DNA of 64,000 bases, taken from NCBI RefSeq assembly GCF_044704955.1, contig NC_091979.1:316386001-316450000 (forward strand), in the 5' to 3' direction. A program made the position numbers and the translations under genes. Under the pieces are notes generated by a model. It was not told the origin of the DNA, made no database searches, and saw only the letters and a list, made by a program, of their open reading frames with translations. The DNA is from Pristiophorus japonicus (Eukaryota). This document shows, one piece after another, positions 1-11,559 of this stretch; position 1 is the stretch's first letter; every line of letters begins with the position of its first letter.

Positions 1-101
1 CCCTTTGCTTTATAGTTCAGGTTGCTTTAGTTTGGATATATGAAAGTGCTGGAAATCACTATTTTACATTAGTAGATCCCTTCTAGATTCCCATGGAACA
101 C

Positions 102-112
102 AAAGTGAAACT
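102..112 (+). promoter_or_regulatory. Possible intronic IRF element AAAGTGAAACT (also at 23314 and 46727)
   Basis: Matches the IRF-E core AANTGAAA, ~360 bp inside intron 1; short motif that could be chance. Confidence 0.35.
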
Positions 113-470
113 TTCTTTCTTCAAACTCTGCATATGACCTGAGGGCACTTACAGAATGCGCCTTTCCACGACAGTATAATATTCAAGTTTAACTTTGTAC
201 TTTCAACAGAGCCCAGTCCAAAATAATTTAAATTGTTGTTTGAGTTATAATCCTATGAACAGGTCTGCCTTTTGCCTCATGTTTACTGACTATCACCAGT
301 CTTGGTCCAGCAGTGTTCCCTTATCTGTGTGTCTCACTGTGAGCCACTAATCCCAGCTCTCTGCATTTCAACTGCTTTGTAATGTAAGCTACTTTATTTC
401 TGAAAACTAGTTCCTTGATCGATAGTCTACATGTAAATTTAAATACAGAAGTTATTATAATGATCTTTAC

Positions 471-475
471 CTCAT
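471..475 (-). CDS. IFIT copy A, coding part of exon 1 (ATG AG); exon 2 lies left of the window
   Basis: Minus strand reads gcattATGAG|GTAAAG, the canonical IFIT first exon and donor, ~100 bp downstream of TATAAAT and ~165 bp downstream of an ISRE. Confidence 0.8.
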
Positions 476-574
476 AATGCTGATCGATGGACAATGTGTT
501 GAATTTTTTCGTCAGCTCCAACTGTCCTTCCAATGGTGAGTTGACCGAATGTTTGGAGTGTTGTTTTTCAGCTC

Positions 575-651
575 ATTTATACCGTTCAGTCATTAATCGC
601 TATGAATCATTTCCTGAAAGTGAATAGAAACTAAACCGAGAAATGGAAACT
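575..651 (-). promoter_or_regulatory. IFIT copy A promoter: TATA box (575-581), GAAA-repeat IRF sites (616-636), ISRE (639-651)
   Basis: Minus strand AGTTTCCATTTCT matches the ISRE consensus AGTTTCNNTTTC. Plus strand has GAAAGTGAATAGAAACTAAA. Minus strand has TATAAAT. Confidence 0.8.
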
Positions 652-799
652 CAGAAGCAACATTCCTGTTCAGGAAATTCTGGTGTCACACAGTAACATT
701 GTGTGCTGACACAGAACCCCATGGAGCCGATTATAAACATAGGCCGGTTCAGCAACTGAAAAAGACCACTTGGCCCAAAAGGTCGAACCTGTTTGATTC

Positions 800-3325
800 C
801 AGGATACATTTCAATACCGATCACCAATCACGTTACATGTAGCACTATGCAGAAAAAACAGTACATGGAACAGATGGGGATACATTTACATTTTTTTACA
901 AGTTACTAAAGAGTGCAGAGACTTTCATTATACATGGCACAACACAGGTGTTTTTCAGTACATGGTGCTCTATGTATACAAGCAGATTAACAAGTACAGC
1001 CCGAGGGGGGTCTGATTTCATACCCTGGGTTTACCATGGCGGAAGGGCCTTAAACTGTGCCTCTTCTCCATCATGTCTTTGCGGCAACTGCACCAATCTT
1101 TAGTGCGTCCCTCAGTACGTACTCCTGGATCTTGGATTGCACCAGTCTGTAACACTTGGCTGTGGACATCTCCTTGCTCTGGAAGACCAGCAAGTTTTGG
1201 GAAGACCAAAGTGCGTCTTTCACCGAGTTAATGGCTCTCCAGCAGCAGATGATGTCTGTCTCGGTGTGTGTCCCGGGGAACAGTCCGTAGAGCACAGAGT
1301 CCTGTGTTACGGAGCTGCTTGCGATGAACCTCGACAGCTACCACTGCATCTCCTTCCAGACCTGCCTTGCAAAGGGGCAATCCCGAAAGAGATGGATGTC
1401 AGTCTCGTCCGTACCACAGCCGACTCAGGGCTAGAGTGCCGTGTCTCTGAAACCCCGGCTGTGTATGAAGGACCTGACGGGTAGGGCCCATCTCACCGTC
1501 AACCAAGCTATGTCTTGGTGCTTGTATGAAAGCTCTGCCGATGAGACATTCTGCCAAACGAGTTCGACAGTCTGCTCGGGGAACCGTCCGACAGGATCCA
1601 TCATCTCCTTCTTTTGTAGGGCGTCCAGGACCTTGCGTGCTGACCACTGCTTTATGGCCTTGTGGTCAAAGGTGTTTTTCTTGAAAACCTTTCCACGAAG
1701 GACAGGTGCTGAGGCATGGTCCAACTGGTCGGAGCGTTCCGTGGCAGCCTGGCCAGACCCATCCTTCGCAACACCGGGGACAGATAGAATCTCAGCACGT
1801 ACTGACACTTGGTGTTTGCGTACGAAGGGTCAATGCACAGCTTAATGCAGCCGCACACAAAGGTGGCCTTCAGGATGAGGGCCACGTTTGGAACGTCCTT
1901 TCCCTCCTTGTCCAGAGATTTGTACATCATGTCTCTGCGGACACGGTCCATTTTCGATCTCCAGATGAAATGGAAGATGACTCGGGTGACTGCCACGGCA
2001 CAGGAGTGGGGTATGGGCCAGACCTGCACCACGTACAACACCGAGAGCACCTCACTCCTCGTGACCAGGTTCTTTCCTGCAATGGAAAGTGAGCACAACT
2101 TTCACCATCCCAGTTTATGTTTGGCTTTAGCGATACGCTCCTTCCAGTTTTTCACGCACGCCCCGTCCGCTCCGAACCATATTCCCAACACCTTCAGGTA
2201 ATCTGACTTCACGGTGAAGGGAATAAAGGATCGGTCAGACCAGCTTCCAAAGAACATGGCCTCGCTTTTGCTGCGACTGACCTTCGCCCCCGAGGCCAGT
2301 TCAAACTGGTCACAGAGTGTGAGCAATCTGCGGACTGACTGCGGATCCGAGCAAAAGATGGTGACGTCGTCCATGTACAGGGAGGTCTTGACCTGAACGC
2401 CTCCGCTGCCTGGGATTGTCACCCGCCTAATGCCCGCATTCTTCCTGATGGACTCGGCAATGGGCTCGATACAACACACAAACAAGACAGAGGAGAGGGG
2501 ACAGCCTTGCCTGACTCCAGACCTGATTGGAAAGCTTCCAGTTTCCCGCCCATTGATTAGAACTGTGCTACTGATGTCTGTGTAGAGCAGTTGGATCCAA
2601 TTGCGGATACCCTCCCCAAACCCCATTTGGAGAGCACGTCCATCACGTACGTGTGCGATATCCTGTCAAAGGCAAGCTGATTAAACAGGTGTCCACCCTC
2701 CTGTCCCGCACGTAGGCGATCGTATCCCTGAGTAGCGCGAGGCTATCAGAGATCTTCCTGCCGGATCACCAGCTCCCGAGCAGACTTGACCCTGTTTGCG
2801 ATGACCTTTGACAGGATCTTGTCGACCACATTGAGCAGCGAAATGGCCGCCAGTTTTTGATTTCCTCCCTCTCCCACTTCTGCTTGTAGATGAGGGTGAT
2901 GATGCCTTTCCTCATCGATTCTGACATGCTGCCGGCCAGAAGCATACCCCCGTACACTTCCAGCAGGCCTGGGCCTATCCAGTCCCACAGAGCCGAATAC
3001 AACTAGACCGGTAAACCGTCGCTTCCGGGAGTTTTACTCATCATGAGGGACGGGACGGCCTTTGGCAGCTCGTCCAGAGTTAGTGGGTGATCGAGACTCT
3101 CCCGCTCGCTGTGGTCTAAGACCTCTGAGATAGACGACAGGAAAGACTGCGAGGCCGCGCGGTCTGTGGGCTTGACGTTGTACAGCCCGGCAGAGAAGGA
3201 TTTGCTGATCCTCAGCATGTCAGGCTGCGAAGACGTCGCTGGTGATCACAGAGCTCCCGCTGTGTACCTTTTGGAAGAAGAAACGCGAACACGTCTCATC
3301 CTGCTCGACGGAGCGGACTCTGTGC
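800..3325 (-). mobile_element. Tx1/L1-clade LINE, 5'-truncated, degraded ORF2 (reverse transcriptase)
   Basis: Fragments KTPGSDGL, MRKGIITLIYKQK, GVRQGCPLS, LYMDDVT, FELASGAKV, LKVLGIWFG and C-terminal WRAINSVKDALW, with frameshifts and stops. Confidence 0.88.
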
Positions 3326-3788
3326 AAAAACACTTAAGAAGCTTGACACCATCCAGGACAAAGCAGCCTGCTTCATTGGCAGCCCTTCCATCACCTTAAA
3401 CATTCACTCCCTCCACCACTAGCTCACCGTGGCTGCAGTTTGTACCATCTACAAGATGCACTGCAGCAACTCGCCAAGGCTTCTTTGGCAGCACCTCCCA
3501 AACACGCGCCCCCAACCATCTAGAAGGACAAGGGCAGCAGGTACATGGGAACACCATCACCTCCAAGTTACACGCCATCCTGACTTGGAAATATATCGCC
3601 GTTCCTTCATCATTGCTGGGTCAAAATCCTGGAACTCACGCCCTAACCACTGTGGGAGCACCTTCATCATAGGGTCTGCGGCGGTTCACGATGGCGGCTC
3701 ACAATAACTTGCTCAAAGGCAAGTAGTGATGGGCAATAAATGCTGGCCTTGCCATCAATGACCACATCCCATGAACGAATAAAAAAAT
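3326..3788 (+). mobile_element. 3' end of a CR1/L2-group LINE
   Basis: KKLDTIQDKAA-like ORF2 end, KSWNS motif, and terminal atgaacgaataaaaaaa tail. Confidence 0.6.
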
Positions 3789-3887
3789 ATATATATGCCC
3801 TGACAAGGATACAAACCAAAGGCACCAGACAAATCCTCGACTCTTCACATTAACTCCTGTCATTTACCGCCCAGTCTATGCCTGAAT

Positions 3888-6105
3888 TCATTGAACCATA
3901 GAATGGTTACAGCACGGAAGAAGACCATTCAGCCCATCGAGCCTGTGGCGACTCTCAGGTAGTCCCACTCCCCTGTCCTTTCCCTGTAGCCCGGCAATTT
4001 GTTTTTCCTTCAGATACTTATCCAATTCCCTTTTGAAAGATAAGATTGAGTCTGCCTCCACCATCCTTTCAGGCAGTGCATTCAGAACCCAACCACTCGC
4101 TGCGTACAAACATTTTTTCTTGCATCACCTTTGGTTCTTTTGCCAATCACATTGAATCTGATTCCTCTGGTTCTCGACTCTTCTGCCTATGGGAACAGTT
4201 TCTCTCTCTCTACTTTGTCCAGACCCCTCATTATTTTGAACACCTCTATCAAAGCTCCATCTCCATCTTCTCTGCTCCAAGGAGAAAGCCCCAGCTTCTC
4301 CAGTCGACCAACATAACTGAAGTTCCTCATTCCTGGAATCATTCTTGTTAATTTTTTCTGCAGCTTCTCTAAGGCCTTCACATCCTTCGTAAAATGTGGT
4401 GCCCAAAATTGGACACAATGCCCCAGTTAGGGCCACACCAGTGCTTTATACACGTTCATCATAATTTACACACTTTTGTACTCTCTACCTTTATTTATGA
4501 AGCCCAGTATCCTGTAAGCCTTTGTTACTGCTTTCTCATCCTGCCCTGCCACCTTCAACAATTTGTGCACACATACCCGCTATTCATTCACATTGTTTCG
4601 GATTGTACCATTTAGTTTATACGTCCTTTCCTCATTTTTGCGACCAAAATGTATCACTTCACATTTTTCTGCATTAAATTTCATCTGCATCGTGTCCGCC
4701 CATTTCACCAGCCCGTCTATGACTTGCTGAAATCGATCACTCTCCTGCTCACTGTTCACTATACTTCCAAATTTTGTGTCGTCTGCAAATTTTGAAATTG
4801 TGCCCTGTGCATCCATGTCCACGTCATTATTATATATCAAGAAAAGCAGTGGTCGCAGAAGTGATCCCCGGGGAACAGCACTGTGTACCTTCCTCCAGTC
4901 CTAAAAACAACCGTTAACCACTAATCTCTGAGGGCCAAATTGCCCATTTTTATAGCTCCATTCGTGCTAATGGACGCTAATGGGACGCAACGAGGTTATC
5001 GCCCGGGGGAAGAGGACGATAGTGCCCCCGTGGAAATTGCCCCGGAGGTTTTGGGGGTGTTGTACCGTTAACGGCGCGGCCCACGATTTGTGCCCCGGGC
5101 TGGCGCATTCACGACGATGATACCATCGGCGTGCACACGGACCCGTCACCACCCCGCGCTGACCCCTTTGCGCCCGGCGGAGGAAAATACTCAGCGGGCG
5201 GCGAGGATGGCGTCGGCCGATATCACCGCCAGCTTCACGAGTCGCGAACCCGCGGACATCCACCGCCGACACTACACCCGAATGGGGAGGCCGTTTGCGC
5301 CGTGGGCCGCTTTATTTTTCTGTTACCCGACTCCCTGTCAGCCCGACAATGGTGGTCCTCGCCTCGACAGAACCGCAATCCTGCAGCCCGCCGCTCTGTT
5401 ATGAGAGCCGCACTGTTGGCCCAGTCGAGGGTGTCCCTGTTGGCCCAGTGGCAGCCACCAACGGGACTGCAGAGCACACAGCAGCCCTCCCCTTTAATTG
5501 AACCTGAGGGACATTCTGCCACATCAGTGCTAACGGAGCAGACACGAGACGCTGATGCTGCCAGCAGGGTGCTGGGCTCCAAAGTCAGGGCCATCCTACT
5601 GCCCCGGGAGCGCCCCTCCATGGACACGAACAATCTCCAATGGCGCTCCACCTCTGTTGAGGGGCGGAAGGGCCAAATTCCACACCCCGGGTGGGACTCC
5701 CGAGCCGGGCACAAGGAGTCCCAGCCCCAGAAGTTTACCGCCCCCAATCAGGACGAGTGGCAATTTTATGGAATCTGTTTCCTGTCCCTTCGCGAATTTT
5801 GTAACCATGCTGCCACTGCCCCTTTTATTCCATGGGCTTCAACGTTCCTGGCAAGTCTATTTTGTGCCAGTTTGTTGAACGCCTTTTGGAAATCGCATTA
5901 CCCTCATCAACGCTCTCTGTCACCTCATCAAAAAACTTAATCAAGTTGATTAAACACTATTTGCCTTTAACAAATCCATGCTGGCTATCTTTAATTAATC
6001 CACACTTATCCAAGTGACTGTCCATTTTGTCCCTGATCACTGTTTCTCAAAGCTTCCCCACTACCGGGGTTAAACTCACTGCCTGTAATTGCTGGGTTTA
6101 TCATT
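3888..6105 (-). mobile_element. CR1 LINE ORF2 fragment, interrupted at ~4931-5772
   Basis: ISKFADDTK, KCEVIHFGRKN, LIEVFKIMRG, NALPERMVEA motifs. Confidence 0.88.
4931..5772. mobile_element. GC/CpG-rich insertion in CR1, probable non-autonomous DNA transposon (Harbinger-like)
   Basis: CR1 sequence ...atctctg resumes as tctgtttcctgtc after the insert; ends share an imperfect inverted aaattgcc / ggcaattt. Confidence 0.45.
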
Positions 6106-6141
6106 TACCAATATGGACCATGACCTCTGGCTGTTCACCCT

Positions 6142-7209
6142 TGTAGGCTCCGTTCCTCCCCCATCACCCCCCAACGGTAAAAATTGGACTATTAAATATA
6201 AAAACTCAGAACTGCATTACAGCCCACAAAAAGAGTTGGGCAGCAAAGGGTTAATTCTAACATTGCAGCAAAACCATGAGACACCATCAGAGACAATGAT
6301 GCAGGCTAACTGCCATTTCATCTAATCAACACAGACAATAGCACCAGAAGAGAGACATTCACACCTTCAATGGTTTCTGTCTGAAAAGATACAGGAACAT
6401 TCACATATTCATTTACCTTCAGGGGTTACATTGTTAAAGAGGCGTACCTTAGACCATGGTCCCAGAAAGGCTGGTATCAGTGCAGGCCGAGACTGGGCCC
6501 TGAACCATTTGAATAAGAATGCGACTGGAAACCAACAATGAAGTCACCTTGGGAAGGTTATATTGTCAGAAAGGACTTCACACTACAGACAGGCGGTGGC
6601 CAGAGTAATCATGGACAATGACCCGAAATGAGGGACAATTAGCCACCAAGAATTCCCTGCGAGAGACATTCACACATTTGATGCTGCCATTGTCTTCACA
6701 GGAGGGAAAGGAAATCTGTTTTGAGGTTGCAAGTTGGTCTTTGGTATAAAGAAGAGCCATTTCCGAGGGGAAAGCCAGTACAGGAACAGTATCGAAACAG
6801 CAACAGACAGCAGTGTGTCTTCGGGACTCAAGCTGCAACTAAGATCTGGGCCTACAGTCAACCTCAGCAGACAGCCGGGGAATTGGTGATTGTACGTTTC
6901 CAGTCAAATCATAGAAGGGTTTTGTGATTTAATCTGGGTAAGTTTACAGGTAACAGTCAAACCGCGGACGGGTTTCACCATGTCATATTGTGCTGATGCA
7001 AATGACCCTTTCATAGGGGTTTGTATTTTGGGGTTAATCCGTCCAATAAAAATCGTAGGGATTTGTACTGGGCAGTAATTGTGTGTATGTTCAATACATG
7101 AACAAATCTTCCTTGATCCAAAACCCTGAGCCGTGTGTATTTTGTTCTTTATAAATCCTGAAGTCAAAGAACTGTGTATAATGGGGAACTAGGTTTAGAA
7201 ATACTTACA
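6142..7209 (+). mobile_element. Solo LTR (1068 bp) with 4-bp TSD CCCT
   Basis: Ends TGTAGG...CTTACA, CCCT on both sides (6138-6141, 7210-7213), internal TATAAA (~6745) and AATAAA (~7046); splits a CR1 ORF1 sequence. Confidence 0.8.
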
Positions 7210-7795
7210 CCCTCCCCTCTCAGAATGTTCTGCAGTCGCTCAGAGACATCCTTAACCCTGACTACAGGGAGGCAACACTTTATCCTGGAGTCCCGCCTGC
7301 AGCCGCAGAAATGCCTCTCTGCTCCTGTAACGATCGAATCCTCTACTACTATTACTCTCCCTCTCTCCTTTCTCCCCCCTGTACAGCTGAGCCACCCGTG
7401 GTGCTGTGTACTTTGCTCTGGAACCCAGAGGAGCCATCGCCCTCACCAGTACTCAGAACAGAACCCAGATTGGAAAGCGAGATGCACACAGGAGACTCCT
7501 GCACTACATGCCTGGTCCTCCTCTTCTGTCTGGCAGTCACCCATTTCCTCCCTGGCTGCTCACTCCAAGGGTGCTGAGTGACCATCTCCTGAAACATGCT
7601 ATTCCCGAAGTTCTCAGCCTAACTGATGCACCGCAGTGATGCCCGTTGCTACTCAAGCTCCAAAACCCGGAGCTCGAGCTCCTCCAGCTGACAACACTTC
7701 CTACACATGTGTTTGTCCAGGACACGGGAAGTGTCCTGGAGTTCCCACATGGCAGAGTGTGCATACCACGGGACTGAGCTGCCCTGTCATGCCTC
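7210..7795 (-). mobile_element. CR1 LINE ORF1-region fragment (continues at 6110-6141)
   Basis: Similar to the CR1 ORF1 segment at 21210-21360 (ggaccatgac...gacatccttaaccctg). Confidence 0.7.
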
Positions 7796-7799
7796 TATT

Positions 7800-10700
7800 G
7801 AGAAAATAGGAGCAATAGTAGGCCATTCGGCCCTTCCAGCCTGCACCACCATTCAATATGATCATGGCTGATCCTCTATCTCAACACCATATTCTCGCTT
7901 TCTCCCCATGCCCCTTGATGCCTTTTGTGTCAAGTGAAGAAATTTCTCCACATCTCAGTCCGAAATTTCCTACCCTGTATCCTGAGACTGTGACCTCTTG
8001 TTCCAGACTTCCCAGCCACCGGAAAGATCCTCCCCGCATCCAGTCTGCCCAACCCCATCAGAATTTTATACGTTTCAATGAAGACAGGCCGAGTTGACCC
8101 AATCTCTCCTCATACGACAGTCCTGCCATCCCAGGAATCAGTCTGGTGAACCTTCGTTGCACTCCCTCTATGGCAAGTATATCCTTTTTTAGGTAAGGAG
8201 ACCAAAACTGCACACAATATTCCAGGTATGGTCTCACCAAGGCTCTGTATAACTGTAGTAAGACATCCTTGCTCCTGTACTCAAATCCTCTTGCAATGAA
8301 GGTCAACATACCATCTTCCTTACTAACTGCTGACTGCACCGGCATGTTTGCTTTCAATGACTGATGTACAAGGACACCCAGGTCCCTTTATACATCGACA
8401 TTTCCCAAGCTATCACCATTTAAATAATACTTTGTCTTTATGTTTTTTCTGCCAAAGTGGATAACTTCACATTTATCCACATTATTCTGCATCTGCCATG
8501 TGTTTGCCCACTCACTCAACCTATCTAAATCACCTTGCAGAGTCTTTGCATCCTCCTCACAACTCACAATCCCACCTAGTTTTGTGTCGTCAGCAAACTT
8601 GGAAATTTTGCAATAGGTTCCCTCATCCAAATCATTTATATATATATTTTGAATAGCTGAGGCCTAAGCACGGATCCTTGTGGTACCCCACTAGTCACTG
8701 CCCGCCACCCCGAAAAAGACCCGTTTATTCCTACTCTCTGTTTCCTGTCAGTTAACCAATTTTCAATCCCATGCCAGTATATTGCCCCCAATCCTATGTG
8801 CTTTAATTTTGCACACTAATGTCTTATGTGGGATTTTATCAAAGGCCTTCTGAAAATCCAAATACACTACATCCACTGGTTCTCCCTTATCTATTCTATC
8901 AGTTACATCCTCAAAAAACTCCAGTAGGTTTGTCAAACTCAATTTTCCTTTCACAAATCCATGTTGATTTTGTCTAATCCTTTTGATAGTTTCTAAGTGT
9001 GCCGTTATCACATCCTACATAATAGACTCTAGCATTTTTTCCTACTATTGTTGTTAGGCTAACCGGTGTGTAGTTCCCTGTTTTCTCTCTCCCTCCTTTT
9101 TTAAATAGTGGGGTTACATTTGCCACCCTCCAATCTGCAGGAACTGTTCCATAATCTATAGAATTTTGGAAAATGACAACCAATGCAGCCACTATTTCCA
9201 TGGCTACCTCTTTTAGTTCTCTGGGATGCAGATTATCAGGCCCTGGGGATTTATCGGCCCTCAGTCCTATTAGTTTCTCCAGCACTATTTTCTTACCAAT
9301 AATCATTTCCTTTAATTCCTCTTGTTCACTAGACCCTTGGTTCCCTAGCATTTCTGGGATGTTATTTGTGTCCTCTTGCGTGAAGACAGAACCAAAGTAT
9401 TTATTTAATTGTTCTGCCATTTCCTTGTTCCCCATTATAAATTCTCCCGTTTCTGACTGTAAAGGATCTAAATTTGTCTTCACTAATCTTTTTCTTTTTA
9501 CATACTTGTAGAAACTTTTGCAGTCGGTTTTTATGTTCCTTGCAAATTTACTCTCATACCTCTATTTTTCCTTTCTTAATCAATCTCTTGGTCCTTTTTT
9601 GCTGAATTCTGAACTGCTCCCAATAATCCTCAGGCTTCCTACTTTTTCTGGCAACTTTGTATGACCCCTCTGTGGATAGAAACATAGAAACATAGAAAGT
9701 AGGTGCAGGAGAAGGCCATTCGGCCCTTCGAGCCTGCACCACCATTCAATATGATCATGGTTGATCATGCAACTTCAGTACCCCATTCCTGCTTTCTCTC
9801 CATACCCCTTGATCCCTTTAGCCATAAGGGCCACATCTCACTCTCTTTTGAATATATCCAACAAACTGGCCTCAACAACTTTCTGTGGTAGAGAATTCCA
9901 CAGGTTCACCACTCTCTGGGTGAAGAGGTTTCTCCTCATCTCGGTCCTAAATGGCTTACTCCTTATCCTTAGACTGTGACCCCTGGTTCTGGACTTCCTC
10001 AACATCGGGAACATTCTTCCTGCATCTAACCTGTCCAATCCCGTCAGAATTTTATATGTTTCTATGAGATCCCCCCTCATACTTCTAAATTCCAGTGAAT
10101 ATAAGCCTAGTCGATATAGTCTTTCTTCATATGTCAGTTCTGCCATCCCGGGAATCAATCTGGTGAACCTTCGCTGCACTCCCTCAATAGCAAGAATGTC
10201 CTTCCTCAGATTAGGAGACCAAAACTGCACACAATACTCAAGGTGTGGTCTCACCAAGGCCCTGTACAACTGTAGTAAGACCTCCCTGCTCCTATACTCA
10301 AATGCCATTTGCCTTCTTTACTGCCTGCTGTACCTGCATGCCGACCTTCAATGACTGATGTACCATGATACCCAGGTCTCGTTGCACCTACCCTTTTCTT
10401 AATCTGTCACCATTCAGATAATAATCTGCCTTCCTGTTTTTGCAACCAAAGTGGATAACCTCACTTATTACTATCCTTAATTTCTTTTGCTAGCCATGGT
10501 CGAGCCACTTTTCCTTTTGTGTTTTTGCACCAGAAAGGAATGTATAACTGTTGCATTTCATGCATTCGTTCCTTAAATGTTAGCCATTGCCTATCCACCA
10601 TCATGCCTTTTAATGAATCTTCCCAATCTATCATAGCCAATTCTTTCCTCATACCTTCATAGTTTCCTGTGTTTAGATTTAGGATACTAGTTTTGGATTG

Positions 10701-10880
10701 GACTACTTCACTTTCTATCTTAATAAAGAATTCTATCATGTTATGGTCACTCTTCCCTGAAGGACCGCGCACAACAAGACTATTAATTAATGTCATCTCA
10801 TTGCAGAATATTCAATCTAGGATAGCCTGTTCCCTCATAGACTGCTCAACATACTGGTCTAAAAAATCATCTTGTACAGA
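7800..10880 (-). mobile_element. CR1 LINE ORF2 (endonuclease to RT to 3' end) with a younger CR1 3' fragment nested at ~9676-10465
   Basis: SDHNMIEF, KSPGPDNLHPR, QHGFVKGK, YLDFQKAFDK, KFADDTKL, LVRPYLEYCVQFW; the nested copy begins with the gaaacatagaaacatagaaa tail. Confidence 0.92.
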
Positions 10881-11119
10881 CATATTTAATAGACTATGAA
10901 CTAACCTGGGAGAAATAAACTTTAAATTTAAAAAAAACACTCACCAGCTACTCACCAATCAGCTGCTTCCTTTGTGCCGACGTCATTTTGGCTTTTTTAC
11001 TCTGACGTCACTATTTCAAATTCAGCCTGTGTTGAGTTGCTCAGCACTCGCTCTCGCTCTCGCTCTGGTCCGCCTCAGCTCCAATCATTTACCAGCTGTC
11101 CTGTGATGTCACTGCTGGA

Positions 11120-11351
11120 TCTTTCTCCTCTCTGCTCCTCCAATGCTGCTGCTGATTAGGTCTACACTGGTCTCTCCTCTGCTGTTTAAATCTTGTCCCT
11201 CCTCCAATGCTGCTGCTGATTAGGTCTACACTGGTCTCTCCTCTGCTGTTTAAATCTTGCCCCTCCTCCAATGCTGCTGCTGATTAGGTCTACACTGGTC
11301 TCTCCTCTGCTGTTTAAATCTTGCCCCTCCTCCAATGCTGCTGCTGATTAG
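11120..11351. repeat. 64-bp minisatellite, ~3.5 copies
   Basis: caatgctgctgctgatt recurs at 11141, 11205, 11269 and 11333. Confidence 0.9.
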
Positions 11352-11559
11352 AATTTAACTCACAAAACTAACATTAACCAGTTCAGGATGAATTAGCATT
11401 TACATTATCAACCTCCAATGAGGATCTGCATGAGCTATTGAGTGAATGAATTAATTCTTGACAATTATGAAAGAGGAAGTCAGACAATAAAGTCTACATA
11501 ATAGGATCCCAATTAACATTCGTTTAAGAGGCTATCACCTGAGACGGGGTGCGGGGGGA

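Noticed and set aside
321-533. 70-aa ORF across exon 1
   Set aside because: Non-ATG start, crosses the splice donor, no protein signature.
611-676. GAS or NF-kB sites in the promoter
   Set aside because: TTCCTGAA and TTCAGGAA have 2-bp spacers rather than the canonical TTCN3GAA, and AGGAAATTCT is only a partial kB match.
5131-5940. 269-aa ORF
   Set aside because: Spans a GC-rich insert and antisense CR1; broken by a stop in units 2 and 3.
7800-10880. Active autonomous CR1
   Set aside because: ORF2 is broken by stops, frameshifts, deletions and a nested insertion in every unit.
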